The notes: generated from the letters alone by a model not told the origin. DNA of 64,000 nt from Antedon mediterranea (GCF_964355755.1 NC_092676.1:2795788-2859787), one strand, 5' to 3'. Shown: positions 37,483 to 52,400, numbered from the stretch's first letter. Numbers and translations are program-made.

Positions 37483-40400
37483 TTAAGAGCTAAACTGGTA
37501 CTTAAAATGCTTTTCGTCGAACGGTTTTTCTAGCCAATATCCGTAGCCACCTTCGACGAAGCACTCATTCAGATGTTGTTTTGCTAATTGAAAATCAGTT
37601 GCCAATCGTTTAGCTTCTAAATACCAGTCTGTTTCCAGAAGGTCGTTTCGGTTGAAACAGACGCAAGTTTTGCGGAACTCGTTGAATAACTCCGCTTTAC
37701 AAAGAACAGATCGCACCTTCTCATCCGTGCATCTGACAGAAACAAAAGATTAATTAGTTTTGGGCTTAAAATAAGAAAAGATACACTTAATTTATCCCAC
37801 TTTAATTACTGATAAAACCATACTGATGCCCACCTTAGCTCACTCTCAATTAGCCCACCCTCAAACTTGGATTTTCAAGAAAAAAAAAATGAGTATGCAG
37901 CTTTATCTTTTAGGAGGGAGGGAAAGCAGTTATTATTTAAATACCAATCAGTCGTCATAGACGGCTGTTATCAGGTCAATAAAAGTTAACACTGTTCACA
38001 CACATTTGTTACAACAATTATCTTAAGCTCTGTCTACACTATCAAACATTTTGTGACAAAAATGTGATGTCAAATCACTACCATATTTGGGCACACTTTT
38101 TTTGTCAAACTAGTTTGATAGTGTAGACAAAACTTTAAACTAAACACAAATATTTAGTTCACCGACCTTCCTTTTGTACCATCGGTGACCTCGGCTTTTG
38201 CGCATCCTGCGAACCAGTTGATGCTGTATTGTTTAGTTTTTTCGGTGGTTCTTTGAGTCTCAATCTTCGTGACATGTCCAAGTAGCGGGTGGCTGACACG
38301 GTAAGTAGGTGGTAAGCACGTTGTCAGGTTTTTAGTCTCGTGAACATTTTGTAAACGACAACAAACCGCTCTTGACAAGTGGCCATGATGGTAAAGTGTG
38401 CCTAAGAAGATTAAGCGTATAATTTTGTAAATATATATTAGGGGAAAATATTGAGTAATATAGATAGGGGCCTGTTTATACTGCACATAAAAAAAATATC
38501 CAAAAAATATCTTACCAAGTGTGAGTGAACTCATGTATAGTGGATCGAGAAAGTGGCTCAATAGCGCCCCCTGTAGTCCAAGAACATTCCATCTTGCAAT
38601 TTTGTCACTACATGACATAGTGCGTAGACGCTCTCCTCTGTTAATCCCATCCCATGTTTGCATATGTTCTCCTTCAATAGGATTAGTTCCCTCTCCTTTA
38701 AAAAAAAGAGTAAAGAAATTGTATAATGTCTTAATTTCCAAATAGATTTTAGTTTTAAAGAAAATAATACCATATTATATATATATATATTATATTTTTT
38801 GAAGGTTTAAACTATTCGCACTCCTGAGGATGATCAAAGTGTATTGATCGAAACGGCAAGAAACTCAACATTTCTTTTCAGAACTATATATACACATGGT
38901 GTACCGCTTCATAACTTGTTATCAACATATATATATATATATTATACTGTATGTTTTTAATACAGAATAGTGATATGTGTAGTTTTGGGTCCTAAACTAA
39001 ACCTGGTTTATAATGATAAGTTGATAAGTGTTGAACAAGTGAATATTTAAATCAACACTGTATGAGGATGACTGCATACTGGCATTTATGTAAGCAAAGT
39101 TATCATCCAAAAGCTGGAGTTTATTTTTCATAGCTTATAACATTTCATAATAGAGGTATTCTAATAATAGTAGTAAATGTCTGATATTTCCTACCTGTCT
39201 CTAGCTTTGTTCGCAATAAACCCTGATTCCTCTTCTCAAGTGTCGCCACGTGTTCCGCTTTACCACTGAAATCCAGGTCGGCCGGAGGACCTTCTACGTT
39301 TGGTCCGGTGTCTGAGCGAGAAAATTGCGAGCCGTCTCCACAAGGTGCTGTACTAATATATAAATGAAACGTGACGTCATCGTTTACTCCCAGTTTTCCA
39401 GATGGCTTCCGGCAAAAAATAGATTGTTCCGGGTCCTGCTGGTATGAGCGTAATTCATTGTACAAGAACCTGAAAAAATAACGTGTTTAAAAAAAATTAT
39501 GAGATATGGTGTATGGCATGTTTTAAATTTAAAACACTGAGCAACATAGAGAGATGTAGCTGAAGACCATAAGCTCTGTCCACTCTATCAAACTTTAAGT
39601 GACACAAAAAAATGTGATGTGCCCATATATGGACATGATGATGTCATATCACTACCATATTTAGGCATATCACTAACATATTTAGGCACATCACGCTTTT
39701 TTAGGTCAAACTAGATTGATAGTGTAGGCAGAGCTTAAGCAATGGTATGACTTCTATTCAAGGATCCTCTTGACCTTTGTGTCGGACAGACGATGCTTTT
39801 CCATACATGAACTAACAGACTCGTACCCATATAATATAACAATATGGATTTACAGCTCTTGGGAAGTTTATATAATATATGGTGTAATGGAAAGGGATTG
39901 GACTAGTATGTGGGAGACATTGGTTCGAGACCTGTCTATGTCATTACTTGTATCATCCCATGTTCCTCTTATTGCTTCATCTTTTGGATTAGATGCATAG
40001 CTGTTGGTCCTGTATACACCATACTTTGCACATTGCATAGATTGCCAAAAAACGATTAAATTTTAATGATAAAGAAAACAAGTTTACAATAGCTGGAATG
40101 GTTGGTAGTGATCTCCATGCTGTTGGATACATGTGCATGAGATAAGAATTGTTATTATTTTTATTCACATTTTAACGATTGAAAAATTTATTAACCTGCT
40201 ATTTTTTTCAACATATGAGATTCATTGTTAAGTTCACAACCAGAACAAATCAATAATTTCAAATAATAAATCAACTCTAATGGACAAAAATCTATTAGAA
40301 TTTTTAGTGAAAAAAACCTAAAAAAACAATCAGGTGAAAATGTAGGTTGTTTCATTCTTTAAATTATTCCGATTGTCAAGAAAAAAATAAGACAAATATA

Positions 40401-43400
40401 GGTTGCAAATTTATGATGGTTTGGTCATTTTTGAAAATCAATTATCAAACTTTATGATTAAAATAAATGAATATAAACCGGATAAAACGAATCTTCTTCA
40501 TTTAAAAAATTTCACAGGGGTACTGTTAATTCATTGGTTTAAATTATCAATGATAAATTGTCGCAGCTAATGAGTCTAGAATATCTAAAAATGACTTGCA
40601 ATTACCGGATAATTTAAACAGTCAATGTGTCCCTTTAGAAGTTGACCCTAGGGAAATCCCTAACGCTTATATAAGACAGCTGCTGATTGGTCAGTTATTC
40701 CCTGTAGGATGTTGGCCTTACCTGATGAATGCTCGTCTCGTAATGATCTCTGCATGCGAATCGTTAACAGTTAAACCTTCCATACTAAGCATATCACCGG
40801 TCACACATCGATTACCTGCAAATATCATCAATAACGCATTATTTTTACTAGGATGTCTCTGTTTTAAAATTCAGTAAAAATCATTATATATTTTTATTTC
40901 ATACGACAAAATATTTCTTTTTCATTAATCTACAAGATTCTCAGTGCTAAAAAGTGCTGTATCCACATATTATGATAATGTATTATAGGCAATTCCCTAA
41001 ATACAGCATCTCATATGTATCACGTGTGGTGCCTGTATCAAGGAAGGTTAAGTTAAGGGTTTGGTTAGGGACTATGATACAAGCGTCACATGTGTTTCAC
41101 ATATGATGCTGTATCATAGAATTTGCCTATGACACTGGATTCAGATACGGTACTGAGAATCAATGTTTACAATCTGGAAATTATAATTGAACTTTCTCGC
41201 TTGATAGAAATCGTTGGAAAGAAAGGCTGCAATAAACAATCAAAACAGCTGACGTGAGTTATGGAGACATTTGGGACATGCGACAAGACATGTAATAATG
41301 AAAATAAAACAACATATTTTAAACATGTTTTTTTTATAACTAATTAAAGAGTTAGTGATAATTCATCTATGTTGGTGAACTTTTGAACAGCAAACATCAA
41401 GAATGCAGACACTACAGATTCCATTGTAAACTTTAATAAAGGATTGAAGCTGGTACAATGGCAACAAATCGGACTTGTGCGTGAGGTGGCGTAAGCTCCT
41501 AACCTACATGTCCGTTGTGTAGCAGGATGCTTATTGTCTCATCCTTCAAATGGGACATAAAGTTGTTGTCAATTCTTCAACATAAGTTACTATATAAGTT
41601 TCATACAGCATGTAACTATACATTTGGGTGATCAAAAAGATCAGAATTGTACTGGGAATAACTACATTTGAACCACTCCGTAGAGCAGGGGTGGGGAGAG
41701 TAATGGGTAATGGGATATCAAAATGAATTGTACTGGGAATAAATACATTTGAACCACTCCGTAGAGCAGGGGTGGGGAGAGTAATGGGTAATGGGATATC
41801 AAAATGAATTGTACTGGGAATAAATACATTTGAACCACTCCGTAGAGCAGGGGTGGGGAGAGTAATGGGTAATGGGATATCAAAATGAATTGTACTGGGA
41901 ATAAATACATTTGAACCACTCAGTAGAGCAGGGGTGGGGAGAGTAATGGGTAATGGGATATCAAAATGAATTGTACTGGGAATAAATACATTTGAACCAC
42001 TCAGTAGAGCAGGGGTGGGGAGAGTAATGGGTAATGGGATATCAAAATGAATTGTACTGGGAATAAATACATTTGAACCACTCCGTAGAGCAGGGGTGGG
42101 GAGAGTAATGGGTAATGGGATATCAAAATGAATTGTACTGGGAATAAATACATTTGAACCACTCAGTAGAGCAGGGGTGGGGAGAGTAATGGGTAATGGG
42201 ATATCAAAATGAATTGTACTGGGAATAAATACATTTGAACCACTCAGTAGAGCAGGGGTGGGGAGAGTAATGGGTAATGGGATATCAAAATGAATTGTAC
42301 TGGGAATAAATACATTTGAACCACTCAGTAGAGCAGAGGTGGGGAGAATAATGGGTAATGGGATATCAAAATGAATTGTACTGGGAATAAATACATTTGA
42401 ACCACTCAGTAGAGCAGGGGTGGGGAGAGTAATGGGTAATGGGATATCAAAATGAATTGTACTGGGAATAAATACATTTGAACCACTCAGTAGAGCAGGG
42501 GTGGGGAGAGTAATGGGTAATGGGATATCAAAATGAATTGTACTGGGATGTTTTAAGCTACATTTCAACCACCTCGGAGAGTAGGAGTATGGAGGGTGAG
42601 TAGTCAGGGTTTTGGGTAATGAAATATCAAAATGAATTTTACTGGAAAGGTTTTAAACTAAATTTGAAAACAGTTGACCTAATTTGGGGTTGCTATCTTT
42701 GCTAGTTATTCAAATATCGGTAAAATAATTAAACCTTTTTAAACACAAAAATGGATGTATCTTTTATGGTCAAAAGTTAAACTAGTTAAGAGCGAGAAAT
42801 ATATGAAATCTTTTACTAATAATACATATACAGATAATATACATCAAAACGTGCGGAAATTTCAAATGAATCTTATAAATGATATTAATGCATTGGAGGG
42901 TAAAATAGTGTAAATGTAATTCAGTTGATCCAGATAACATAATCACCAAACAGATAATTATTCTCGATGAAACTAAAGGCCCAGTTTAAGTATCCAAATA
43001 TCCTTCATAATCTGCCCAAAGCAACCATATTCCTTCATGCCATGTTATCTCTTATACTAAATTAACTCCGCAATTACTATTAACGTGAATTCATTACATA
43101 CATTTGATGCTCCGAAAAGTCGATCTCATTTATGACGGCATTATGGAGAATGGAATGGCTGGGTTTTATGACGTCTGAGGTTAAATGTGTCCTTGTCGCT
43201 AGGATCGCATTATCAATATATAATTCCTAGATTTATTTTATTACGCAAATTACAGCCTGAATTTGTTTATTCAAAGTTTGATAATATAACTTAGGTTTCT
43301 TTTTTCTAAGTTTGTATGTACAGCACTTTGGAACAAATATAATTTAAAAATAAAAAAATGTTCTTGTTTTGTATGTCACATACTAAAATCATATACAATA

Positions 43401-46400
43401 AATGGCAGTATTAAATTGAATGTTTTTGTTAAATTTAAGATAACATGTCTTTATGAAAAAACAGGACTTTTATGTACATGTAAAGCTCTGTCTACACTAT
43501 CAAACTTTATGTGACAAAAAAATGTGATACCCAAATATAGTAGTAATATGTCCTAATATGGTAGTGATATGACATCATAATGCCCGTATATGGTCACATC
43601 ACATTTTTTTTGTCAAATAAAGTTTTATACTGTAGACAGTGCTTAAGGAAACATGTTTTACCCTCATTGTTCTCCTTCGGATTGAACGTAAAGCTGTTGG
43701 TCCTGAATACTTAAAATGCATGTTCATGATAAATAACTTTGTACAATATTTAAAAAAAAAAGAAATTTTAACAATAAGAGATTGTCTCCCAGTGTGCTTA
43801 TCCTGGTAGATGATGCACTGTGGCTGTACTGTGGGTCCTTAGAGGACTTCATAGGTCAATTAATGACACCTTATAAGCTAAGGGACGACAACAACTCAGG
43901 GACTACCACTAGTATCATATGATGTGCCCATGGACATGATGATGTCATATCACTACCATATTTAAGCATATCACAACCATATTTGGGCACATCACACTTT
44001 TTGGTCAAACTAGTTTGATACTGTAGACAGAGCTTTAGAGTTTCCACAGGCAAGGCTAATCCTTATTTTTAATCTATCTTAACCAAACAGAACCCGTATG
44101 TAATAATCTGTCTTCATTTTTTTCGCAAATATACTTTTAAAAAAAAGGAAATAAACCTAGGCGCAGGCTTTTAACTAGAAACTATAAATCTATTCACAGA
44201 GTTTTGTAAGTTATCACAAACAATAATGGAGGTAATTGTATTTGTTCCGCAAAATGTAACATTTGTTGAGCACAATTTTAGGTTAATGTTCTCAGTGGAA
44301 TTACTTAATTTGATTTATAGTCAAATTAGGTAAAGTACAAATCAGATCAAACATTTCTGTTTAACTATTTACAGAATTCATTTATCATTCATCACATAAG
44401 TGATTAATTTCAGTTCTTGCGATTGTTAATTAGTTTTGCCTTTACTACTGAAAAGACATAATATATAGTTTTGTTTGCCTAATAATACATGCATACTTTA
44501 CTTAAGCGGTTGAATACAGCAAGTTGTTTTTAAATTTAAAATGCTAACGCCATATAAATTAGCTTACAACCGGGCTAACATTTATTTTTTTAACTGAAAA
44601 GAGTATGGGCAAGTATGTTTAAACAAATTTGGGCAAGTATGTTTAAACACATTTGGGCAAGTATGTTTAAACAAATTTGGGCAAGTATGTTTAAACAAAT
44701 TTGGGCAAGCATGTAATAAAAACCAGTCTGGACAAACATGAAGTATTTAAACCAGCCTGGGAACACATAAATAAAACTAGGCAAAGTGTGTACTAAAATC
44801 AGTCTGGGCAAGCGTGTAATAAAACAAGTCTGGGCAAGTGCGTACTAAAACTAGTTCGGGCAAACCTGTACAGTAAAAACACCAGTTTGGGCAAGTGTGT
44901 CTAATCCGGGCAAACATATAATTAAAACCAGTCCAGGCAACATGTTTTAAAACCTGTCTGGGCAAGCATGTGATTAAAACCAGTCCAAAAAAGCGTGTAT
45001 AAAAACTAGCTTAGGCTAGTCAATTGAACTTGTGTGCCCAGTCAATGATGGTTTGAACTAATTCTCTTGTTTTGCCATTTCAAACGTTCATTTTCTATGT
45101 GCCTCTAAAAATATTTGACAAATAAATAAATTAAACATATGCAAAGTTAATGGTGTGAGTTGGCTTCTATTAATGTTAAGTACTCGGCTTCCTTATATCG
45201 TATTTCAACACATCAATGCTAATATCATGTCATCAAAATTTAATGCAGGAATGTAGATTTCTGTTACTGCTGGTTAGTTTTGAGTGGACCTATTTCGGTT
45301 AATCTTACAGACACCTCAAGTACAGTGTGATGTTTCATTATATGAACACTTCAGCATCTAGCGTTTCAAATACTCATGAGGAAAAATTGTATGAAAAATA
45401 AGAACAAGATGTCATGGGACCTAACTGGAATATTAATATTTTAAGTTTTGTTATTAAGATATGTGATAAAGTTTCAATTTCATAGCACCAAAGAAAGAAA
45501 GAATTGTACGAACGGAAACGGAACAAGTTTCAAGGTCAAAGAATGACATAAGAAAATAGAGGACAGTTTTTGTAATTTAAATTTAACCTGCTTTTTAAAA
45601 TATAGTTACTACTGTATTATATTTAAAATTGCAAAAATAAAGTTACACTTTGTAATAAAATTCTACCTTTAAACTTGTTATTCACGATAATAGAATATAT
45701 AAGAAAACATTAATCTATGCCACGTTAATATGTAACAATCTCACAAATTCTAAAATACACATGTCACCAATACAATTCATTTTCCCAAAGCAACAAGCAT
45801 AAAAGTAACAATAATAATACATTTATCCATTGGGAGAATGACAGGAGAACAATATGTTTTTTTATAATCAAATATAAAAATAATTTGAAGAAAAATAAAA
45901 TGTCGAAACAAACATGACAATCAAATGTAGAAGATGAATAAAAAATTGCACAATAAAATTGTTTTTTCTATTATAATTCAATATTTTTTTCCCCATTTTT
46001 ATCATAAAAAATGTATTTCAACATGTATAGATGGGGTCAGTGTAAAATAAACATAATAATAATAATAATAATTTATTAGGAGTTTACACTTTTACCACAT
46101 TGGCGCTCGACCAAGTGGAAGGTGCATCCATAAGAAATATACAAAAAAAAAACAATTCGACTACAGTAACTACAATACCATTGATAATTATCACTACAGC
46201 AGCAGGAAACCTACATACCTGTTCCTAAGCTAACGACCACGCCATCATCATCGTTGCCCCGACGCATTATGAGGGAAGCGATTACGGATCGACCCCCAAT
46301 ACTTTCTCGGATGTCTGCTGCCAAGTCGCTGTATTTCTGATGAGCCAATCCAGCTATCTTGTCAAAGAAAGTTGAGTTTGGCCCAACCGGCTGAAATGAT

Positions 46401-49400
46401 GAAAATCAAGAACAAAAATGTTAGTATTAGTTTCATAATTATTTGTAAGTGGTTCTTTCTTGGATTGACCACTACAAGAGGCTGTCTTAGGTCTGTGATG
46501 CTTTCAACGTCATCCCATTATAAAGCTATGTCTACACTATCAAACTAATTTGACAACAACATTGTGATGTGCCCAAGTATGGTAGTGATACTCCCACATA
46601 TGGCAGTGATATGACATCATCATGTCCATATATGGGCACATCACATTTGTTGTCACATAAAATTTGATAGTGTAGACGGAGCTTAAGACAAACACTAAAC
46701 CCACAGCACAAACCATACTTCAAGGAGTATCCAATAAAAGCGAAAACGAGATCGCTACAGCATCTGGCCCAGAACTTCTAAGAACTTCAAAAACATAGTG
46801 CAGTGCATGTTGATTTTTGTAAAAAATTGAATGTGTTTTATTAGTTATTCTCTTATCAAAAATGGATTGAGCTCTGCTAAATATGTTGTTATGTGGCCTC
46901 AGAAAACCACAAAACAATACTAAAAGTGAGAACAGTTTTATATAGACAAATCGGAATAAGATTTCTCCAAGAAAAATTGAATGTGAACTAGAAATAAATT
47001 AATCATAAGAATTTCTTTGACGAATTCCCTAGCTTTCAGTACCGCAGTTTGTTAAAACACTTTTATTATTGCAAAATTGTTTTCAGAAAAATTTTGATAT
47101 GATTTATAAAAAATATATTTGATACTGAAATGAATATTTTAAAATGATTATCACAATCAATACTAAGGTACAACTGTTGCCAGGTCATCTGAAACTATTT
47201 GCCCAAAGATTAAAATAAACATTTCTCTTATTAATGTATATTATTTTTTATTGCAAGTATATGACAGCTGCTGCTCCTATGGGAGGCCAAAGGTGTAATA
47301 ATTAATGAAATAATAAAAGATTTATACAAAAATGATAGTTAATATAATGCAATTAAATAATTTTGTGAAACAGACTTCTGATCAATTTTAATGAGCTTCA
47401 GAATATGAAATCTAAACATGAAATGAAACATTAACAGATAGGTTGAGAGATGCGGGTGATAGCTGAAATTCGAATACGTCTACGTAGGCTTACTAAAAAG
47501 GAATTTTCAGCGAGTTGAATGTTCTGATAAACAAGAAAAATTAGAACAGCAAGTTACAATTATTGTTAAGAACTCATGTGGCAAAGTTTCTCTTAAAAAC
47601 TCTCTTGATATCTGTACTTTTCAACTGTATTTTTTCTGGATACTAAATAAATTAAGAAATGCACATTAATATTTGTTACATAGTAAACTTAATTCAATTT
47701 ATTTTAATATGTTTGATTTACAGCGCACGTATTCAACTGCCTAATTTGTACATTTGAATTAATAGACTTGCACCGTGACGAGCCGTAAAATCTTGTTTTA
47801 CATTGTACCATAGCTTCATACAGGTGAAATTGCTATAAATCATAATAAAATAATAATTAATATTTATTGTTTATTATTATTCCCTTAGCACTGACAGTAA
47901 TTTGTTAATTATTCAATAATATTGTGATTTTTATTAATGATTTTGTAAAATGATAAAAATTTAAATTAATGCAAATGTTTTGTATTTAAAATTGATTAAA
48001 TTTATTGAAAATGTATGTTGCTCATAATAAACAGCGAACCTGTACCGTGTCAAGCCATAACCTGGTTGCGTTATTCATATAACAGCTCGTAGTAAATTGG
48101 TATACTTCAAATCTAATATTGTACATTGTAAAAAACGAGCTCTGTAAAAGCCAACGATAGTAATGTATTCCCTACGGACTAAATGCCATTGTTAATTATT
48201 TATTTGCCAAATATTAATGATCTGGGAAAAAATAAAGTTCAAATACGCAATTGTCGATAAACGATTCAATCACGCGACATATGCCTGTTGTAGATCGAGG
48301 CATGTGGCTGAATATTTTGTCTACAAAGGACAGTCTAGGGCCGAACATTAAAGCGTTGAATCTATAAAGGTGTCAGATGCATCAACAGCTGTCCGCGAAA
48401 AACGATTGACAATGTGAGAATGTGAAGTGATTCTTTGATTTGAAAATTACCTGTCTGAATAATTAAAAGATTAAACAATGAATAAATTAGAAAGCTTAGG
48501 TAATTTGACACGGCTTAACGAGTCATATCCGTGAAAATGTGACGAACAGAACTGGATTGTGATAAAATTAAAAGAACTAACTGACTATACGGTATTTACG
48601 ATGTGATTATTTCACAAGATGATAACTTATTTAAGCTTCTAACGTGAAAGAAAATCAAATTGAAAAATGTAAGTACATAAATTATTAAAAGCAATTACAA
48701 CTAAACCATTCCAAATGAAATATGGCTGGAATAACGACATAGAACCGTGGAACAGAACCGTGGAACAGAACCGTGGAACAAGACATGTGAAATACAATTT
48801 GCCAAAAAACGTAATAATTTTGAATTGAAACAGAAAAATTGTCAAATGAAAAAACAAACATTTATTTGACAAAACAAAATAATACCTCGCAAATAAATAT
48901 TAAGAACTAGTATCTGCCTCAGACGTATTGGCCCATGCATTTTCCCTGGTCAAGGTGGGCACTGGACGAGAGAAGCCCTTGATCAATGTTAGGACCAATC
49001 AAGGTGCTTTAAACAGTCCTGGCTTTAGTTTCATCCATCACTCAGATGAATGTAAAAATTAATTGACATTGACAAGCAAAAACATATAAGACAATTTAAA
49101 AACACAATTATTCTTACCTGTAGAACAGGGGGTCCATTTCGTTTTGGCTTGTACATGCCCTCCTTCATGAGAATACGCAACGCATAATCTGCCGCTTCGC
49201 GTCGTGCCTCCTTCTTGTTTTTTTGTTCTGCCGGAGGAAAGACTCTGCCTCCTAATTTTACACGATATGTGAATCTGATAATATAAAAAGTATGCTTATT
49301 TATTTTGTAGCATGAAAGTATATATGGTAGTGATATGCCCAAATATGGTAGTGATATGCCCAAATATGGTAGTGATGTGCCCAAATATGGTAGTGATATG

Positions 49401-52400
49401 CCCAAATATGGTAGTGATATGCCCAAATATGGTAGTGATATGCCCAAATATGGTAGTGATGTGCCCAAATATGGTAGTGATATGACCAAATATGGTAGTG
49501 ATAGTGATCGACCCAAATAATAATGATAGTGATATGACATCATCATGTCCATATATGGGCACATTACATTTTTTGTCACATAAAGTTTGATAGCGTAGAC
49601 AAGGCTTTCAAGTTCTGGTTTCTGAATTGCAGCAATTTTGTTTCAAAATTTTACAGAATCCAACAGAACCAATCATTTTACTATCAGTATTACCTTCTAA
49701 ATCAAAACGACACACAACTATTTTTGATCTAAAGTTTAAAAGGTGAATGAGGATGTTATAAATGTTTATGAAAAATAATTGCAAACTATCGGAACCAATT
49801 AATTCTAAAAATGTCATCGTTTAATTTTGCGTACTTTTACTAGAATGTCTTTTGAAATACCGGTTGACTATTTTTTAGCTTTAAATTAAAGATATACTTT
49901 CCTCCTAAAAAATAATTTTTTTACAAATTTTGCATTCAATATGTCATTTTAATGTCACGTAAAAGTTATTCACTTTGACCAAAAACCAAAAAATTATCTG
50001 TCACATAATGGTTTTTGGTTAAAGTATAAACCATTTCGATTGTCTTTTTATAAGTGAAATAATAATTTTTTTTTTACATAAATAAATAACTTTTATTAAA
50101 CAGTAAAATGGCATATTGAAAGTCTGATTTTATTTTTGTTCATGTTTTTTTTTTTCAGGTAAATAATTTTTTTTAAAATCCAATTTTTAGTCAAAGGGAA
50201 TAAATAATAATATTATAATAATTATGGATGACTGCACTAAATTTGTACTGTAGTAATCTATAATCTACTGACGTCTACTGGAGCAATTTAATACAGCTTT
50301 CTTAGAACAACATGGTAATGTACTGTATATAAATTTATGCTTTCACTCGAACTGATCAAGACAAAAGAAATTGTAATAGCTCTAGGCCTGTACACAATTA
50401 AACAACTAGTCTTTGCAAGGAAATGAGGTTTGTACTTGGGGACAGGTTAAGTACATTAGAGTATACAGTGAAGAAATGATGGAAACAGGATATAAGTCTT
50501 GCTGCTAGGAGTTTTATGCAGAAGTGTTATATGCTGTAATCCACACATAACATGTATTGTATAGGGATTATTGTAGAGTTGCATGGGGACTGGTTATCCT
50601 GCACAAGTAAAAACCAGTTATTAGTGTGTGTTAGGCCTAACTATTTCCAGTTGTTTGGCATCAGAAATGGGACAACTTTCAAATACAGTCAACTCTCCCA
50701 ATACTGGAGTCTATGAAAACCGCGAACTCTCCAAATACCAGACTTTTCAACAGTACAAAGTACAAACATTCATTTTTACCATTAAAAACACATTCCGAAT
50801 ACCATACTTTTCAGAAAAGCAGACATAGTAGGCTAGTATAGCCCAAAGGTGTCCGGTATCGGAAGAGTTGACTGTATTATGGTTAAAGTGTGCTGAAACA
50901 CCATTTAACCAGTTATTACTTCACAACTAAATGTGATGTAAGCAACGCTCAAGACTTTAGTTGTCTATTTTCAAGAAAATGAATATGCACATGCAAACAC
51001 ATTTAATGCTCTGCTTTGTTAAATAGAGGCTAGCTTGAGAAATAATAATTATGCAACCATGTCTAAAGCTCTGTCTACACTATCAAAAAGTGTGACGTGC
51101 CCTAATACGGTAGTGATATGACATCATCATGTCCATATATCAGCACATCATATTTTTTGTCACATAAAGTTTGATAGTGTAGACAGAGCTTTACATATAT
51201 ATATATATATATATATATATGATTTCATTTTACTATCATCATTGATTTTCACAAAGGCAACAAAAACAAGTTTTGTTTTTATAAAAGATTTGCTAAACTG
51301 GAACCCTTACCTTGGATTATGCGATGGACCGCACTCTTTTACAAGAGCAATCTCATGTGGAAGTTGTCGAGATTGTGCGTACTCTGTCAGTGCGCTTATT
51401 GGATTCTTCTGTGTGTAGTCAAAACGTTCTTTATCAATTTCCATAGATATCTCTCCAACTTCCATTGGTACTGACATATCGTCAGTAAGAAGACCACCAG
51501 AGCCCATATGGTGTCCTGCCATATTAGACTTGGCTTCTGCTGCTGCCTTTCCTTCTGGTGTGATCTGCCACGTGGGTGGGCTTTCACTGACTTTTCGGGC
51601 AAGGCCTTTCTTCTGTAGTCCATACACGGTGGGATTGATTTCACGGCAGACGTTCAGACCAACAGCACGAACTAAATCAGATGTGGATATCGTATCAACC
51701 GTACTGAGCGCTTCTAGTATTTTTTGTTCTATACTTTCTTCTGGAGACTCCATAGAATCGTGAATCAACTGATTACTGCCTCTTGCAATGATTACATTAT
51801 TGTTTCCATGGCTGTGCAGAGCACTACTTGAAGTTGCAATTGATACTGATATGGAACCAGCTCTCTGACTAAACCCATTATTGAAATTTAACGGCCCATT
51901 TCTTAACGATGTCGGAAGTTCTCCAGTGGGAGGGCTGCCATCTGCTGCCACCTGCTTCCTCCCGGAAGGTGTGATAACCCACAATGGTGGGGAATCTTTT
52001 ACTTTTTTAACAAGTCCATGCCTTTGCATGTTGAATAATGTGGGATTTATTTCTTTTTTTCTCTGCAGGCCAACAGCTTTAGCCAATTCGTTGGCGTGTA
52101 TTGAATCTGTCTGTGACGATAATGAATACAGGAGTTTCCAGCTTAATTGATCATTAACTTGCATAGTAACCGTTGCAGGGTTTGGAGGGATACTTGAACT
52201 GTTTTCTTCGTTGCTTTCATTGCTGGAGACCTCTCCGTCAGCTCGATCCGAACCGGACGAACTTCGTCTTATATGAACATCTTCTGTTGTATTTGTTGTA
52301 GCACCAAAACTCACTGAACTCTGACCCGGCCTGTTCTCTTTAACTCCATCTTGTTTTACATCCCATTTAGGTGGAGATTCTGAAACTTTTTGTATCTGAC

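Noticed and set aside
14279-42550. CRISPR-like arrays among the regular repeats
   Set aside because: Units are contiguous with no unique spacers, there are no cas genes, and the context is eukaryotic
41546-42568. 340-aa ORF on the ADAR strand
   Set aside because: Read-through of the 81-bp repeat; the flanking ADAR exons join in phase without it
51195-51220. (TA)n tract as a Z-DNA site next to the Zalpha exon
   Set aside because: Alternating AT rarely adopts the Z-form, and such microsatellites are common in this window
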